Assembly (NCBI GenBank): GCA_049970495.1
Contig: JBMFMV010000005.1
Coordinates: forward strand, 1 to 59,804
Length of the DNA stretch: 59,804 nt
From: a bacterium
GTDB taxonomy: Bacteria; DUMJ01
Direction of reading: 5' to 3'
The position numbers and the translations under genes were made by a program. This document shows, one piece after another, positions 29,365 through 38,847 of this stretch. The notes below the pieces were generated by a model. That model saw only the letters and a list, made by a program, of their open reading frames with translations, made no database searches and was not told the DNA's origin. Each line of letters opens with the position of its first letter. Positions within the stretch are counted from its first letter, which is position 1.

Positions 29365-30505
29365 AGTACTCGCATAACTTTAGGTATTCATCTACCATAG
29401 CCATAAAATTGTCATACTTTGTCCCTACCGCTATTGTATGGGAAGTGCCAAATATATAACCTCCATTTGGTTTTAGTATCTCCATCGCTTTCCTTACATC
29501 TTTTTTTACATCATCAGGAGTACCACTTACTAGATTTTCTACATTTACCCCTCCCCAAAGGGCAAGTTTGTTACCATAATTTTCTTTCAGCCATCTTAGA
29601 TCCATTCCTGCAGTTTCCTGAATAGATTGGTATGCATCATAACCGGCCTCTACAAACATATCCATAAGTTGGGTATTGTTTCCGCAGGCATGTTTTAGAA
29701 CCTTTAGTCCGAAACTTTTTACATTTTTGACCCTTTCTTTTATTGCTGGTAGACAGAACTCTCTAAACATCTTTGGAGAGATAAAGGGACCTTTATTTGA
29801 GGCAAAATCAGTACCCCACATTACTCCATCCTGACCATCTCTTATATAGTACTTATCGAGTTTATTGGCTCTATATACAGCAACATCTATAGCCCTTTTG
29901 ACCACCTCAGGATTAGTTATATATTCTATGAGTCCCCTTTCCATATCTCCCAATAATATTAGACTGACCTCTCCTCCGCAGGGACCAAGTATGAATTTCT
30001 TACCTCTAAATTCTTTTATAACTACATCTACAACTTCAAACTGGGATTCATCAGGAGGTTCTGGGTCTTCATATTTAAAGTCTTCAAGTCTAAATTCCCT
30101 AGTCCATTTTTGAGGGTCATAAACTAATGTGATGTCCCCTGTTATAGGAGAATATTTGTATATTCTTCCATCTTTAAATTCCCACGTATTTTCATCTATC
30201 TTTCTAGGTTTCTCAGGTTTATAATCCTTTGGTGGGAGTACCGCCGTACACATAGCGGATAGGTTTATTATATCCATAAAATCTAGCTTTTTATAGAGTT
30301 CGATAAGGTCCTCTTCCCAACTTTGGGCAACCTCATCCCTTCTTCCTTCCCATAGGGCTATTTGGGTTTTTGCTTTAGCCCTAAGATAAGTTTCGTGTCC
30401 TAGTATCTTTTCTACCGTATCATAATCTATTGCGTACTCTCCCCAAGGGACTTTATCTGGTATTTTATGCTCTAATACTAGTAATACTCTTTCTCTAGAG
30501 TTCAT
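29363..30505 (-). CDS. URO-D-like protein (second copy; H-x-C motif as in MtaA/CmuA)
   Basis: MNSRERVL...PDKVP, GTDFA..GPFISP, KHACGN, WGGV and GGYIFG.SH motifs. Confidence 0.87.
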   Translation of the reverse strand: MNSRERVLLVLEHKIPDKVPWGEYAIDYDTVEKILGHETYLRAKAKTQIALWEGRRDEVAQSWEEDLIELYKKLDFMDIINLSAMCTAVLPPKDYKPEKPRKIDENTWEFKDGRIYKYSPITGDITLVYDPQKWTREFRLEDFKYEDPEPPDESQFEVVDVVIKEFRGKKFILGPCGGEVSLILLGDMERGLIEYITNPEVVKRAIDVAVYRANKLDKYYIRDGQDGVMWGTDFASNKGPFISPKMFREFCLPAIKERVKNVKSFGLKVLKHACGNNTQLMDMFVEAGYDAYQSIQETAGMDLRWLKENYGNKLALWGGVNVENLVSGTPDDVKKDVRKAMEILKPNGGYIFGTSHTIAVGTKYDNFMAMVDEYLKLCEY

Positions 30506-30996
30506 AGATACCCTCCTAAATAAACTATCTTAATATCTCTCTGGCTATTAATTCGTGTCCCTTTCCTATTCGGATGATTTGGCCAGGAAAGAAGGTCCAT
30601 AATGTCTCCCCCATCCCGTATGTAGTTTTCAAATACCGAAAAGCAATCTACTAGACCAACTTCATATTCTTCTGCAAGCTTTCGAATCTGTTCGGCGTGT
30701 TTTCTTAAAAGATTCCACTGGTCTTTATTCTCCTCAAAGAGGCCACTTGAATCTAGTGTTGGAGTTAATAATAGTACTTTTATATTGTTCTCTAAACACT
30801 TTTCTATCATAGACTTCCACGCCAATTTGGCTTTTTTTAGCCCTATCCTTCTATCATTTAATCCATAATCGATAATTACGATCCATGGATATAATGACAA
30901 GACATCTCTTTCAAATCTTAAAGCTCCCCACTCTGAGTCTTCTCCACCTATCGCAGTAATAATAACATTTAGGTATTTTTTCCTATCTGCAATCAT
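30502..30996 (-). pseudogene. Degenerate SGNH/GDSL esterase
   Basis: Has AIGG, DYGLND and HPN blocks but lacks block I with the catalytic Ser. An extra G at 30559-30561 hides the expected HPNRKGHELIAREILR ending. Confidence 0.75.
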
Positions 30997-31017
30997 GGAT
31001 GCCTCCTGATAAAAATA

Positions 31018-31036
31018 GGGGGACCTTAGGTCCCCC
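31018..31036 (-). terminator. Stem-loop/terminator after the binding-protein gene
   Basis: GGGGGACC-TAA-GGTCCCCC-TATTTTT on the minus strand. Confidence 0.8.
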
Positions 31037-31052
31037 TTTATTAAATATTAAT

Positions 31053-33023
31053 CTACTTTTTAAAGAAGAACTGTTCTGGGTTAAAGTTCTTCGGTGAATG
31101 TAATACCCAACTATAAATCCCTGTCTCAGGGACATTTCTCATATTGTTTTTCACGATGCAGATATCTGGAGGTGAACTAAGCGTCCCTATAACCCAGAGG
31201 TTTTTAGCATTTAGCTTTAATATCTGTTGGAATAATTCTTTTTGCTTTCTATCGCTAGATGTCTTCTTTATCTCTTCATAAAGTTCAATGGTCTTTAACA
31301 GATCTCCTGTAGGTTTTTCTCCAATTTTCCCTCCAGATTGATACCACTGTGCGTAGGCTATAACATGATTAGATTCTGTGCTCCAAGGCATATACCATCT
31401 AGGGTCGATAAGTGGTTGCATTCCAACAGACCCTGTCCATATAGCCACATCATGTTCTAGTGCTGCTTTACGTGTATAGAAAAGCGACCTCTCCTCACTT
31501 TTTACAGCTGTCTTGACTCCAACTGCAGTCCAATATTTGGCTACGAGTTCACAGGCATCGGTCCAAGGACCAAAGGCGGGCGTAAATTCGATTGTAATCA
31601 GTAGGGGTTTACCATCTGGTCTAAGTCTAATCCCGTCCGGACCCCTCTTTAGTCCCATTTCATCTAATAGCCTGTTTGCCTCCTTTGGATTGTAGTCTAT
31701 ATATGCATAGGCGAGCTCTTTAGAGAAGTATCCTGATTCAGGTAATGGTACTACTTGTCTAGGCTCTTCACACATCCCTAGATAACAGAGTTGGTTTATC
31801 TCATTTCTATTTATAGCCAACGACAGAGCTTTACGGAACCTGTCGTCGTTAAAGATCTGTCTAAGGACGGGGTCTTTGTGATTAAGGTTTAATGCTATAG
31901 CCATATTAGTTTCAAAATCATCCTTATACTTGATTACTCTGTAGTCTCCCTTATCTTTATTCTCCATGAAGAGGGTATAGTTTTGCCAAAGGATGTGACG
32001 CGCCTGCATATCTATCTGTCCTGCTACTGCCCTCATATTTATTATCTCTATATTTTCTACAAATTCATGATCCACTCTATCTATATATGGAAGCTGATTT
32101 CCTTCTATGTCTATCTTCCAATAGTAGGGGTTTCTCTCAAGCACCATATGGGGTCTAGTTGACGGTACTACACACTTCCAGGCAGATAATACAGGAATAT
32201 CTGTGTTTAAAAATCTGTCGGTCTTAGTAGAAAATAATTGATACCAGTACTGTACTCCCGCCTCTTTTACTAACGCATCTAGTTTTTCTTTTGGAGTATA
32301 TTTAGGATGGAACTGCTTTAGATAATGTTTAGGATAGTAACATATACCATGCCCTGGAGGACCAGCTAAGTATCTAAGAAACAGTCCATAAGGTTGATCG
32401 AAAACAAATTTAACCACGTAAGTACTAACTTTCTGGACCTTGCCTAATTTTCCTCCGATTGTAAGCCAGGCAGGTTTTGTAGGTGTCAATTCATCATTTA
32501 GAACTATATCCTCATACCAAAAGAGTATATCATCTGCAGTAAACGGTTGGCCATCAGACCACTTCATTCCTCTTCTCAGATAAAATGTAAATTCTTTTCT
32601 ATCGGCGCTTATCTTCCAACTCTTGGCAATATTTGGGACTAGATCCTTTCCATCTGGTGAAAAATAGATAAGTCTCTCTGTAGTTATTCTATCTGGTCCT
32701 GGCCCATCTGCTCTACCTAACCATGCCCTACGCCATGTTCCTCCATACTGCCCTACCTCTTCTACTGGGACTATCACAAGAGGCTCATCCGGTAATCTTT
32801 TTTCTACAGGAGGTAGCTTTCCCTGTTTTACCAACTCTGCTAACATAGGTGCTTCTTTGTACTTTGTAATCTTTTTACCGGTCGCTTTAGTGTACTCTGC
32901 TGGCGAATTGTAAAACGCTGGAGAAGGCATCTTTGCTTGAGAATAAGCAGATTCAAGTGAGGTTAAGAAAAAACAAATAACTACTAAAACTGAAAAACCG
33001 ACTATTAAAAATTTCCCTTTCAT
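31053..33023 (-). CDS. ABC family-5 substrate-binding protein (paralog of 24117-26207)
   Basis: Signal peptide; EAPMLAELVKQGKLPPVEKRLP, WSDGQPFTADD and RNPYYWK motifs. Confidence 0.92.
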   Translation of the reverse strand: MKGKFLIVGFSVLVVICFFLTSLESAYSQAKMPSPAFYNSPAEYTKATGKKITKYKEAPMLAELVKQGKLPPVEKRLPDEPLVIVPVEEVGQYGGTWRRAWLGRADGPGPDRITTERLIYFSPDGKDLVPNIAKSWKISADRKEFTFYLRRGMKWSDGQPFTADDILFWYEDIVLNDELTPTKPAWLTIGGKLGKVQKVSTYVVKFVFDQPYGLFLRYLAGPPGHGICYYPKHYLKQFHPKYTPKEKLDALVKEAGVQYWYQLFSTKTDRFLNTDIPVLSAWKCVVPSTRPHMVLERNPYYWKIDIEGNQLPYIDRVDHEFVENIEIINMRAVAGQIDMQARHILWQNYTLFMENKDKGDYRVIKYKDDFETNMAIALNLNHKDPVLRQIFNDDRFRKALSLAINRNEINQLCYLGMCEEPRQVVPLPESGYFSKELAYAYIDYNPKEANRLLDEMGLKRGPDGIRLRPDGKPLLITIEFTPAFGPWTDACELVAKYWTAVGVKTAVKSEERSLFYTRKAALEHDVAIWTGSVGMQPLIDPRWYMPWSTESNHVIAYAQWYQSGGKIGEKPTGDLLKTIELYEEIKKTSSDRKQKELFQQILKLNAKNLWVIGTLSSPPDICIVKNNMRNVPETGIYSWVLHSPKNFNPEQFFFKK

Positions 33024-33280
33024 CTCTTTATCCCTCCTAGATTTATCAATATTACTTTTTAAATTTCTACCCCTATTTTTAGAGGTTTTACTAGACTTAA
33101 GCCTTTCTTTTTTAATCTTAACTTAACCTACTTCTATATATCTTCCTCCTTTCCTTAGGGATTTACTATGAAATTTTACTATAATGATAACCTTTGTTAA
33201 AGTTTTTTCCGAAGGTTTATCAAAAAAGCTTATTCTAATCTATAATTAAAAATTCACCTTTAAAAGCTTGTAGTATAATT

Positions 33281-33417
33281 TTACAAGAGACTTCTAGAAG
33301 TTTCTGTAAAGCAGAATTAAATTAGCTAGGATTACCCATCGTACTAGAATGTTTCAAACGGTCTTTGGAAAGGGGGTGGGTAAAATGATTACAGATCAGC
33401 TTTATAAATAATTGTGA
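33281..33417 (+). ncRNA. Candidate structured RNA or leader, family unknown
   Basis: Nested stems with plus-strand G-U pairs (TGTAAAGC/GCTTTATA, TTACCCATC/GGTGGGTAA, TTCAAA/TTTGGA), just downstream of TATAAT at 33274-33279. Confidence 0.25.
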
Positions 33418-33440
33418 TAATGTTTACTATGTGGTATAAT
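33412..33440 (+). promoter_or_regulatory. sigma70 promoter of the dpp operon
   Basis: TTGTGA-17 nt-TATAAT with TG extension, then an AAGGAGG RBS. Confidence 0.7.
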
Positions 33441-33477
33441 CAATAATAAATTTACAGAAATAAGGAGGTCTTACAAG

Positions 33478-35025
33478 ATGAAAAGGTTTTTAGGCGTATT
33501 ATTAGTTCTGTCTTTATTAGTAGTACTTTTCCAGCCTATAAGTATAGGTGCTACTAAGAAGTATGGTGGTGTACTTAGGACTGCTGTAACATCTGACCCG
33601 CCGACGTTAGACCCTGCTCAGATAACAGATACAACCTCTGATATGGTTGCTAGGCAGATCTTCGATGGTCTTGTAGACTATGATGAGAACCTAAAAATTG
33701 TTCCAGTCATAGCTAGGAATTGGTCCATTTCTAAGGATGGGAAGGTTTATACTTTTAATCTACGTCAAGGAGTAAAGTTCCACAATGGCCGTGAAGTTAC
33801 CGCTGAAGATTTTGTCTATTCTTGGAAGAGGGTTATGGACCCAGCCACTAAGAGTAAAAGAGCTAATTTTATGGAAGACATAGCCAAGGTAGAGGCTCCA
33901 AGTAAGTATGTTTTCAGAGTAACCCTTAAGGAACCAAGAGGTTACTTCCTCCAGATGTTACCCTATTCTTGCTTCTGGGTAGTTCCAAAGGAAGAGGTCG
34001 AGAGATTAGGACCTGACTTTGGCAGTAAACCAGTAGGTTCTGGTCCATTTAAGTTCGTAAGCTGGACCCACGATGATAAAGTTATTCTTGAAGCCAATAA
34101 AGATTATTTTGCTGGCAGACCATATGTAGATAGATTAGAAATAAGAATTATACCAGATGAGACAGTTGCTATAATGGAATTTGAAAAGGGTAATTTGGAT
34201 TGGTATGAGAATGTTCCTCCTAGCGAATTAGATAGACTAAAGAGTGATCCTAAATGGAAGGATAACATTATCGAGAAACCAGAGTTAGGGACTTACTATA
34301 TTGGTATGAACTGTCAGAAACCACCTCTAAATAACAAACTTGTCCGTCAAGCTATAAGTTATGCTATAAATAGAGAGCAAATTGTTAAAGTTATTATGAG
34401 GGGTTCAGCAATGGTTGCAACTGGTATCTTACCTCCTGGTATACCCGGATATAGTAAGCGTCCACCGATTCCATATGACCCTGAAAAGGCAAGGAGACTC
34501 TTAAAACAGGCAGGTTATCCAGATGGAAAGGGATTACCAACTTTAGAATTGGCATTCAATAAGAGTGCTACCCATCAAAGAATATGTGAGGCTATCCAGT
34601 CCGATTTGAAGAAGGTAGGTATAAATGTAGAACTGGTTCAGATGGATTGGGCGCAGTATCTAGAAAAGGTCGATAGGGGAGAGACACAGCTATTTAGATT
34701 AGGATGGATTGCAGACTATCCAGATGCAGACAACTTTCTCTGGGTCCTATTTAACTCTAAGAACTGGGGTCCTGGTGGAAATGGTGCGTACTATAAGAAT
34801 CCAATAGTAGATGAGCTTACTGACAAGGCTAAGACAATGGTGCCAGGAGCAGCAAGAAATTCTCTGTATAAGAGAGCCGAGGCTATAATCTTAGAGGATG
34901 CTCCTTGGGCTCCTATATACTTCTATATAAGTAGGGCTATTAAACAGCCATATGTTATGGATTTTGACTTTTCTGGTATGGGACCATTTACTGCTAAGCT
35001 AGAGAAGGTATGGTTAGATAAGTAA
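33478..35025 (+). CDS. dppA: Dipeptide/oligopeptide ABC substrate-binding protein
   Basis: DPPTLDP, FDGLV, LRQGVKFHNG, PVGSGPF and GWIADYPD motifs. Confidence 0.9.
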   Translation: MKRFLGVLLVLSLLVVLFQPISIGATKKYGGVLRTAVTSDPPTLDPAQITDTTSDMVARQIFDGLVDYDENLKIVPVIARNWSISKDGKVYTFNLRQGVKFHNGREVTAEDFVYSWKRVMDPATKSKRANFMEDIAKVEAPSKYVFRVTLKEPRGYFLQMLPYSCFWVVPKEEVERLGPDFGSKPVGSGPFKFVSWTHDDKVILEANKDYFAGRPYVDRLEIRIIPDETVAIMEFEKGNLDWYENVPPSELDRLKSDPKWKDNIIEKPELGTYYIGMNCQKPPLNNKLVRQAISYAINREQIVKVIMRGSAMVATGILPPGIPGYSKRPPIPYDPEKARRLLKQAGYPDGKGLPTLELAFNKSATHQRICEAIQSDLKKVGINVELVQMDWAQYLEKVDRGETQLFRLGWIADYPDADNFLWVLFNSKNWGPGGNGAYYKNPIVDELTDKAKTMVPGAARNSLYKRAEAIILEDAPWAPIYFYISRAIKQPYVMDFDFSGMGPFTAKLEKVWLDK

Positions 35026-35050
35026 AATTTTTAAGATAAAAGTTTTGTAA

Positions 35051-35079
35051 AGCCTGGGGCATTTCCCCCAGGCTACTTT
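35051..35079 (+). terminator. Stem-loop after dppA
   Basis: AGCCTGGGG-CATTTC-CCCCAGGCT-ACTTT. Confidence 0.75.
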
Positions 35080-35096
35080 GTGGAGATTAAGGAGAG

Positions 35097-36017
35097 ATGA
35101 CAAACTATATAATAAGAAGATTACTTTTGACTATACCAACTCTTATAGGTATAATCACGATAACTTTTTTACTTATGTATGTAGTTCCTGGGGACCCTAT
35201 AAGGATCTTGATGGGACAGAGGGGGGATCCAGCAACTATAGCTATGATAAGAAAGCAGATGGGATTGGATGATCCGCTTCCAGTTCAGTATATTAGATTC
35301 TTGACTAATGTATTAAAGGGAGATTTTGGTCGTTCTTATGCAACAAATAGACCTGTGTTATCGGAAATTTTAACTAGATTTCCTGCTACCTTAAAGCTGG
35401 CATTAGCTTCGATGTTAGTAGCTTCTGTTATAGGTTTATCTGCTGGTATTATTTCTGCAACTAGGCAATATTCATTTTTCGATTATTCTAGTATGGTGGT
35501 AGCCCTTATGGGTGTATCTGCCCCAGTTTTCTGGGTGGGCTTATTGCTCATGTGGTTATTTGGTTATACCTTAGGTTGGCTACCTATATCTGGTTATGGT
35601 GATATTTCCTATCTAATCCTCCCGGCAATTACTTTAGGTATAAGACCAGCTGCCTATATAGCTCGTATGACTCGTTCAAGCTTTTTAGAGGTCCTAAGAC
35701 AAGATTATATAAGAACAGCTAGGGCAAAGGGGCTTCCAGAAAAAAGGGTTATATATATTCATGCTATGAGAAACACATTGATTACAGTAGTTACTATTTT
35801 AGGGATGGAGTTAGCCAGCCTCTTGAGTGGAGCAGTCTTAACAGAGACGATATTTGCCTGGCCAGGTATTGGAAGGTTATCTGTAGATGCTATAATAAAG
35901 AGAGATCATCCTATGGTTCAGGGTACTGTTCTCTTTACTGCTATCATATTTATATTTGCTAATCTTATAGTAGATATATCTTATGCATTTCTTGACCCGA
36001 GGATAAGATATGAATAA
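35097..36017 (+). CDS. dppB: Peptide ABC permease
   Basis: PGDP, GDFGRS, DYIRTARAKG and LDPRIRY motifs. Confidence 0.93.
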   Translation: MTNYIIRRLLLTIPTLIGIITITFLLMYVVPGDPIRILMGQRGDPATIAMIRKQMGLDDPLPVQYIRFLTNVLKGDFGRSYATNRPVLSEILTRFPATLKLALASMLVASVIGLSAGIISATRQYSFFDYSSMVVALMGVSAPVFWVGLLLMWLFGYTLGWLPISGYGDISYLILPAITLGIRPAAYIARMTRSSFLEVLRQDYIRTARAKGLPEKRVIYIHAMRNTLITVVTILGMELASLLSGAVLTETIFAWPGIGRLSVDAIIKRDHPMVQGTVLFTAIIFIFANLIVDISYAFLDPRIRYE

Positions 36018-36879
36018 AGAGTCAGTAATTATAGAATCAACTTCATACTGGAAAGATGCATTTAGAAGGTTGAAGAAAAATAAGTTGGCAATGGTAGGTC
36101 TTTATATAATTATTGGATTGATATTAGTTGCTATCTTTGCCCCTTGGCTTGCCCCTTATGATCCATACGAGGTTAGTTATGAGGAATACTTACAGCCTCC
36201 ATCTCTTAAACATCCTCTTGGAACTGACGAATTTGGAAGAGATATCCTTTCTAGAATAATATATGGTTCTAGGATATCACTAGAGGTAGGAATTATAGCA
36301 GAAGGTATAGCAACGGTAGTAGGGGTTCTATTGGGTAGCATCTCTGGTTATTATGGGGGCTGGGTTGATCATTTGATAGTAGAGTTAACCAATATAGTCT
36401 TTGCTTTTCCATTTCTCTTATTTGTTATCGCTATAGTGGTAAGTTTAGGTCCTAGCCTATCTAATGTATTCCTTGCAGTAGGCGCTCTTAACTGGGCTGG
36501 AACCGCTAGACTTATAAGGGGGCAGGTGCTTAGTCTGAAAGAGTCAGAATATGTAGAGGCAGCTAGAGCTCTGGGAGCTAGCAATATTAGAATCATATTT
36601 AGACACATACTACCAAATTGTATAGCTCCGATAATCGTATCTGCCACTTTGGGTATGGGGGGAGCTATTATGATAGAATCTAGCTTGAGCTTTTTAGGGT
36701 TAGGTGCGCAGCCACCCACGCCTAGTTGGGGTTCTATGATTGATTATGCTAAGGATTTCTTAAGAACCAATCTGTGGTATTCGTTTTTCCCTGGATTGGC
36801 TATTATGATTACTGTTTTTGGTTTTAATCTTTTAGGTGATGGATTAAGAGACGCTTTAGATCCGAGGTTGAAGATATGA
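36010..36879 (+). CDS. dppC: Peptide ABC permease
   Basis: [22 protein letters not shown] and LSFLGLG motifs. Confidence 0.93.
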   Translation: MNKESVIIESTSYWKDAFRRLKKNKLAMVGLYIIIGLILVAIFAPWLAPYDPYEVSYEEYLQPPSLKHPLGTDEFGRDILSRIIYGSRISLEVGIIAEGIATVVGVLLGSISGYYGGWVDHLIVELTNIVFAFPFLLFVIAIVVSLGPSLSNVFLAVGALNWAGTARLIRGQVLSLKESEYVEAARALGASNIRIIFRHILPNCIAPIIVSATLGMGGAIMIESSLSFLGLGAQPPTPSWGSMIDYAKDFLRTNLWYSFFPGLAIMITVFGFNLLGDGLRDALDPRLKI

Positions 36880-37874
36880 GTAATGATATATTGATAAAAG
36901 TGGAGGATTTGAAAACATATTTTTACACAGAAGATGGGGTTGTTCCAGCTGTTGATGGGGTTTCATTTTCTATAGAGGCTGGTAAGACATTGGGATTGGT
37001 TGGAGAAAGTGGATGTGGTAAGAGTGTTACATCTCTCTCAATAATGAGACTTATTCCTCCCCCTGGAAGGATAGTTGGAGGGAGGATCCTCTTTGATGGG
37101 GTAGACCTCCTTGAGCTTCCAGAGGGTGAGATGAGAAAGATTAGAGGGAATAAGATATCTATGATTTTTCAGGAGCCTATGACGTCTTTAAATCCGGTAT
37201 TTACTGTAGGAAGTCAGATAGCCGAGGCTATACAATTGCATCAAGGTTTAGGCAAAAACACTGCTATGGAAAGGGCTATAGAGTTGATGAGACTTGTTGG
37301 TATTCCATCTCCAGATCTAAGAGTTAAAGATTATCCACATCAACTGTCAGGTGGTATGAGGCAACGTGTAATGATAGCTATGGCTCTTGCCTGTAATCCA
37401 AAACTCCTTATAGCAGATGAACCAACTACAGCTCTAGATGTTACTATCCAAGCTCAGATACTGGAATTAATAAAAGAACTTAGAGAGAAATTAGGGATGT
37501 CCGTTTTGCTTATAACTCATAATCTTGGTGTAGTTGCCGAGACAGCAGATAATGTGGCGGTTATGTATGCAGGTAGGATAGTAGAGTATGGTACGGTAAG
37601 AGATATATTTAAAAATCCGTTACATCCTTATACTTGGGGGCTCTTACAGGCAATCCCTAGGCTTGATGTTACTAGGGAAAGACTCTTAACTATTGAAGGG
37701 ACAGTTCCAGATATGGCATCACTTCCTTCGGGATGTAAATTTGCTCCTCGTTGTATGTTTGTCCAGCCGAGGTGTGAAGAGTCAGAACCTATCTTAGAAG
37801 AGATAACCTCTGGTCATTTTTCCAGATGTTGGAGATCTAAAGAGATAGATTTTAGTAAGATTGAGGTTGTTTGA
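36876..37874 (+). CDS. dppD: Peptide ABC ATP-binding protein
   Basis: [24 protein letters not shown]; HPY/Cys-rich C-terminal domain. Confidence 0.95.
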   Translation: MSNDILIKVEDLKTYFYTEDGVVPAVDGVSFSIEAGKTLGLVGESGCGKSVTSLSIMRLIPPPGRIVGGRILFDGVDLLELPEGEMRKIRGNKISMIFQEPMTSLNPVFTVGSQIAEAIQLHQGLGKNTAMERAIELMRLVGIPSPDLRVKDYPHQLSGGMRQRVMIAMALACNPKLLIADEPTTALDVTIQAQILELIKELREKLGMSVLLITHNLGVVAETADNVAVMYAGRIVEYGTVRDIFKNPLHPYTWGLLQAIPRLDVTRERLLTIEGTVPDMASLPSGCKFAPRCMFVQPRCEESEPILEEITSGHFSRCWRSKEIDFSKIEVV

Positions 37875-37875
37875 T

Positions 37876-38847
37876 ATGGAAGATAATATACTTTTGCAGG
37901 TAGAAAATTTAACAAAGCTTTTTCCTATAAGAGGAGGGATCTTTCAGAGGCCTATAGGATATGTAAGGGCGGTAGAGAACGTCTCTTTTACTATATATAG
38001 AGGAGAAACCTTAGGCTTAGTGGGAGAGAGTGGTTGCGGTAAGACTACTACAGGTAGAAGTATTCTAAGATTAATTGAACCTACCTCAGGTAAGGTCTAT
38101 TTTAACGGAATAGAGATTACTGCTCTCAGTAGAAAAGAGCTTGCTCCACTAAGGAGGGAAATGCAGATTATATTTCAAGACCCTTATGGATCTCTTAATC
38201 CTAGGATGACTATAGGAGATATTATTGGAGAAGGATTAGAGATACATAAGATAGCTAGAGGTAGAGAGAAAGAAAAGAGGATAATGGAGTTGTTAGAAGT
38301 GGTAGGTTTACCTCCTGCCTATATAAAAAGATATCCACATGAGTTTAGTGGAGGACAACGTCAGCGTATAGGTATAGCGAGAGCTTTGGCGGTTAATCCT
38401 AAATTTATAGTCTGCGATGAACCTGTCTCTGCCTTAGATGTCTCTATCCAGTCTCAGATCATAAACCTCCTTAAGGATTTACAGAGGCAGTTTGGACTAA
38501 CCTATCTATTTATAGCCCATGACCTTAGCGTCGTTAAACACATGAGTGATAAGATTGCGGTTATGTATCTAGCAAAGATAGTAGAATATGCCAGTACAGA
38601 AGAGTTATTTAATAATCCTAAACATCCATATACACTAGCTCTTATGTCTGCAATTCCCATCCCTGATCCTGATGTAAAGAAGCAGAGAATACTTTTACAG
38701 GGGGATCTTCCCAGCCCTAGTAATCCTCCTAAAGGTTGTAGATTTAATACCAGATGTCCTAAGGTTATGGATATATGTAAGGAGGTAGAACCTGAGCTAA
38801 AAGATATAGGAAAGGAGCATCTAGTAGCATGTCACCTATGGAGATAG
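37876..38847 (+). CDS. dppF: Peptide ABC ATP-binding protein
   Basis: [28 protein letters not shown]; probable start ATG 37876. Confidence 0.95.
   Translation: MEDNILLQVENLTKLFPIRGGIFQRPIGYVRAVENVSFTIYRGETLGLVGESGCGKTTTGRSILRLIEPTSGKVYFNGIEITALSRKELAPLRREMQIIFQDPYGSLNPRMTIGDIIGEGLEIHKIARGREKEKRIMELLEVVGLPPAYIKRYPHEFSGGQRQRIGIARALAVNPKFIVCDEPVSALDVSIQSQIINLLKDLQRQFGLTYLFIAHDLSVVKHMSDKIAVMYLAKIVEYASTEELFNNPKHPYTLALMSAIPIPDPDVKKQRILLQGDLPSPSNPPKGCRFNTRCPKVMDICKEVEPELKDIGKEHLVACHLWR

Noticed and set aside
15479-30505. Calling the URO-D-like genes hemE
   Set aside because: They lack the HemE RQAGR motif, and the context is sugar catabolism rather than tetrapyrrole synthesis
33315-33326. AATTAAATTAGC shared with the direct repeats at 55.3 and 56.4 kb
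   Set aside because: A 12 nt AT-rich match with no flanking similarity; compatible with chance
38780-38840. T-box upstream of pheS
   Set aside because: pheS overlaps dppF and no T-box consensus is present
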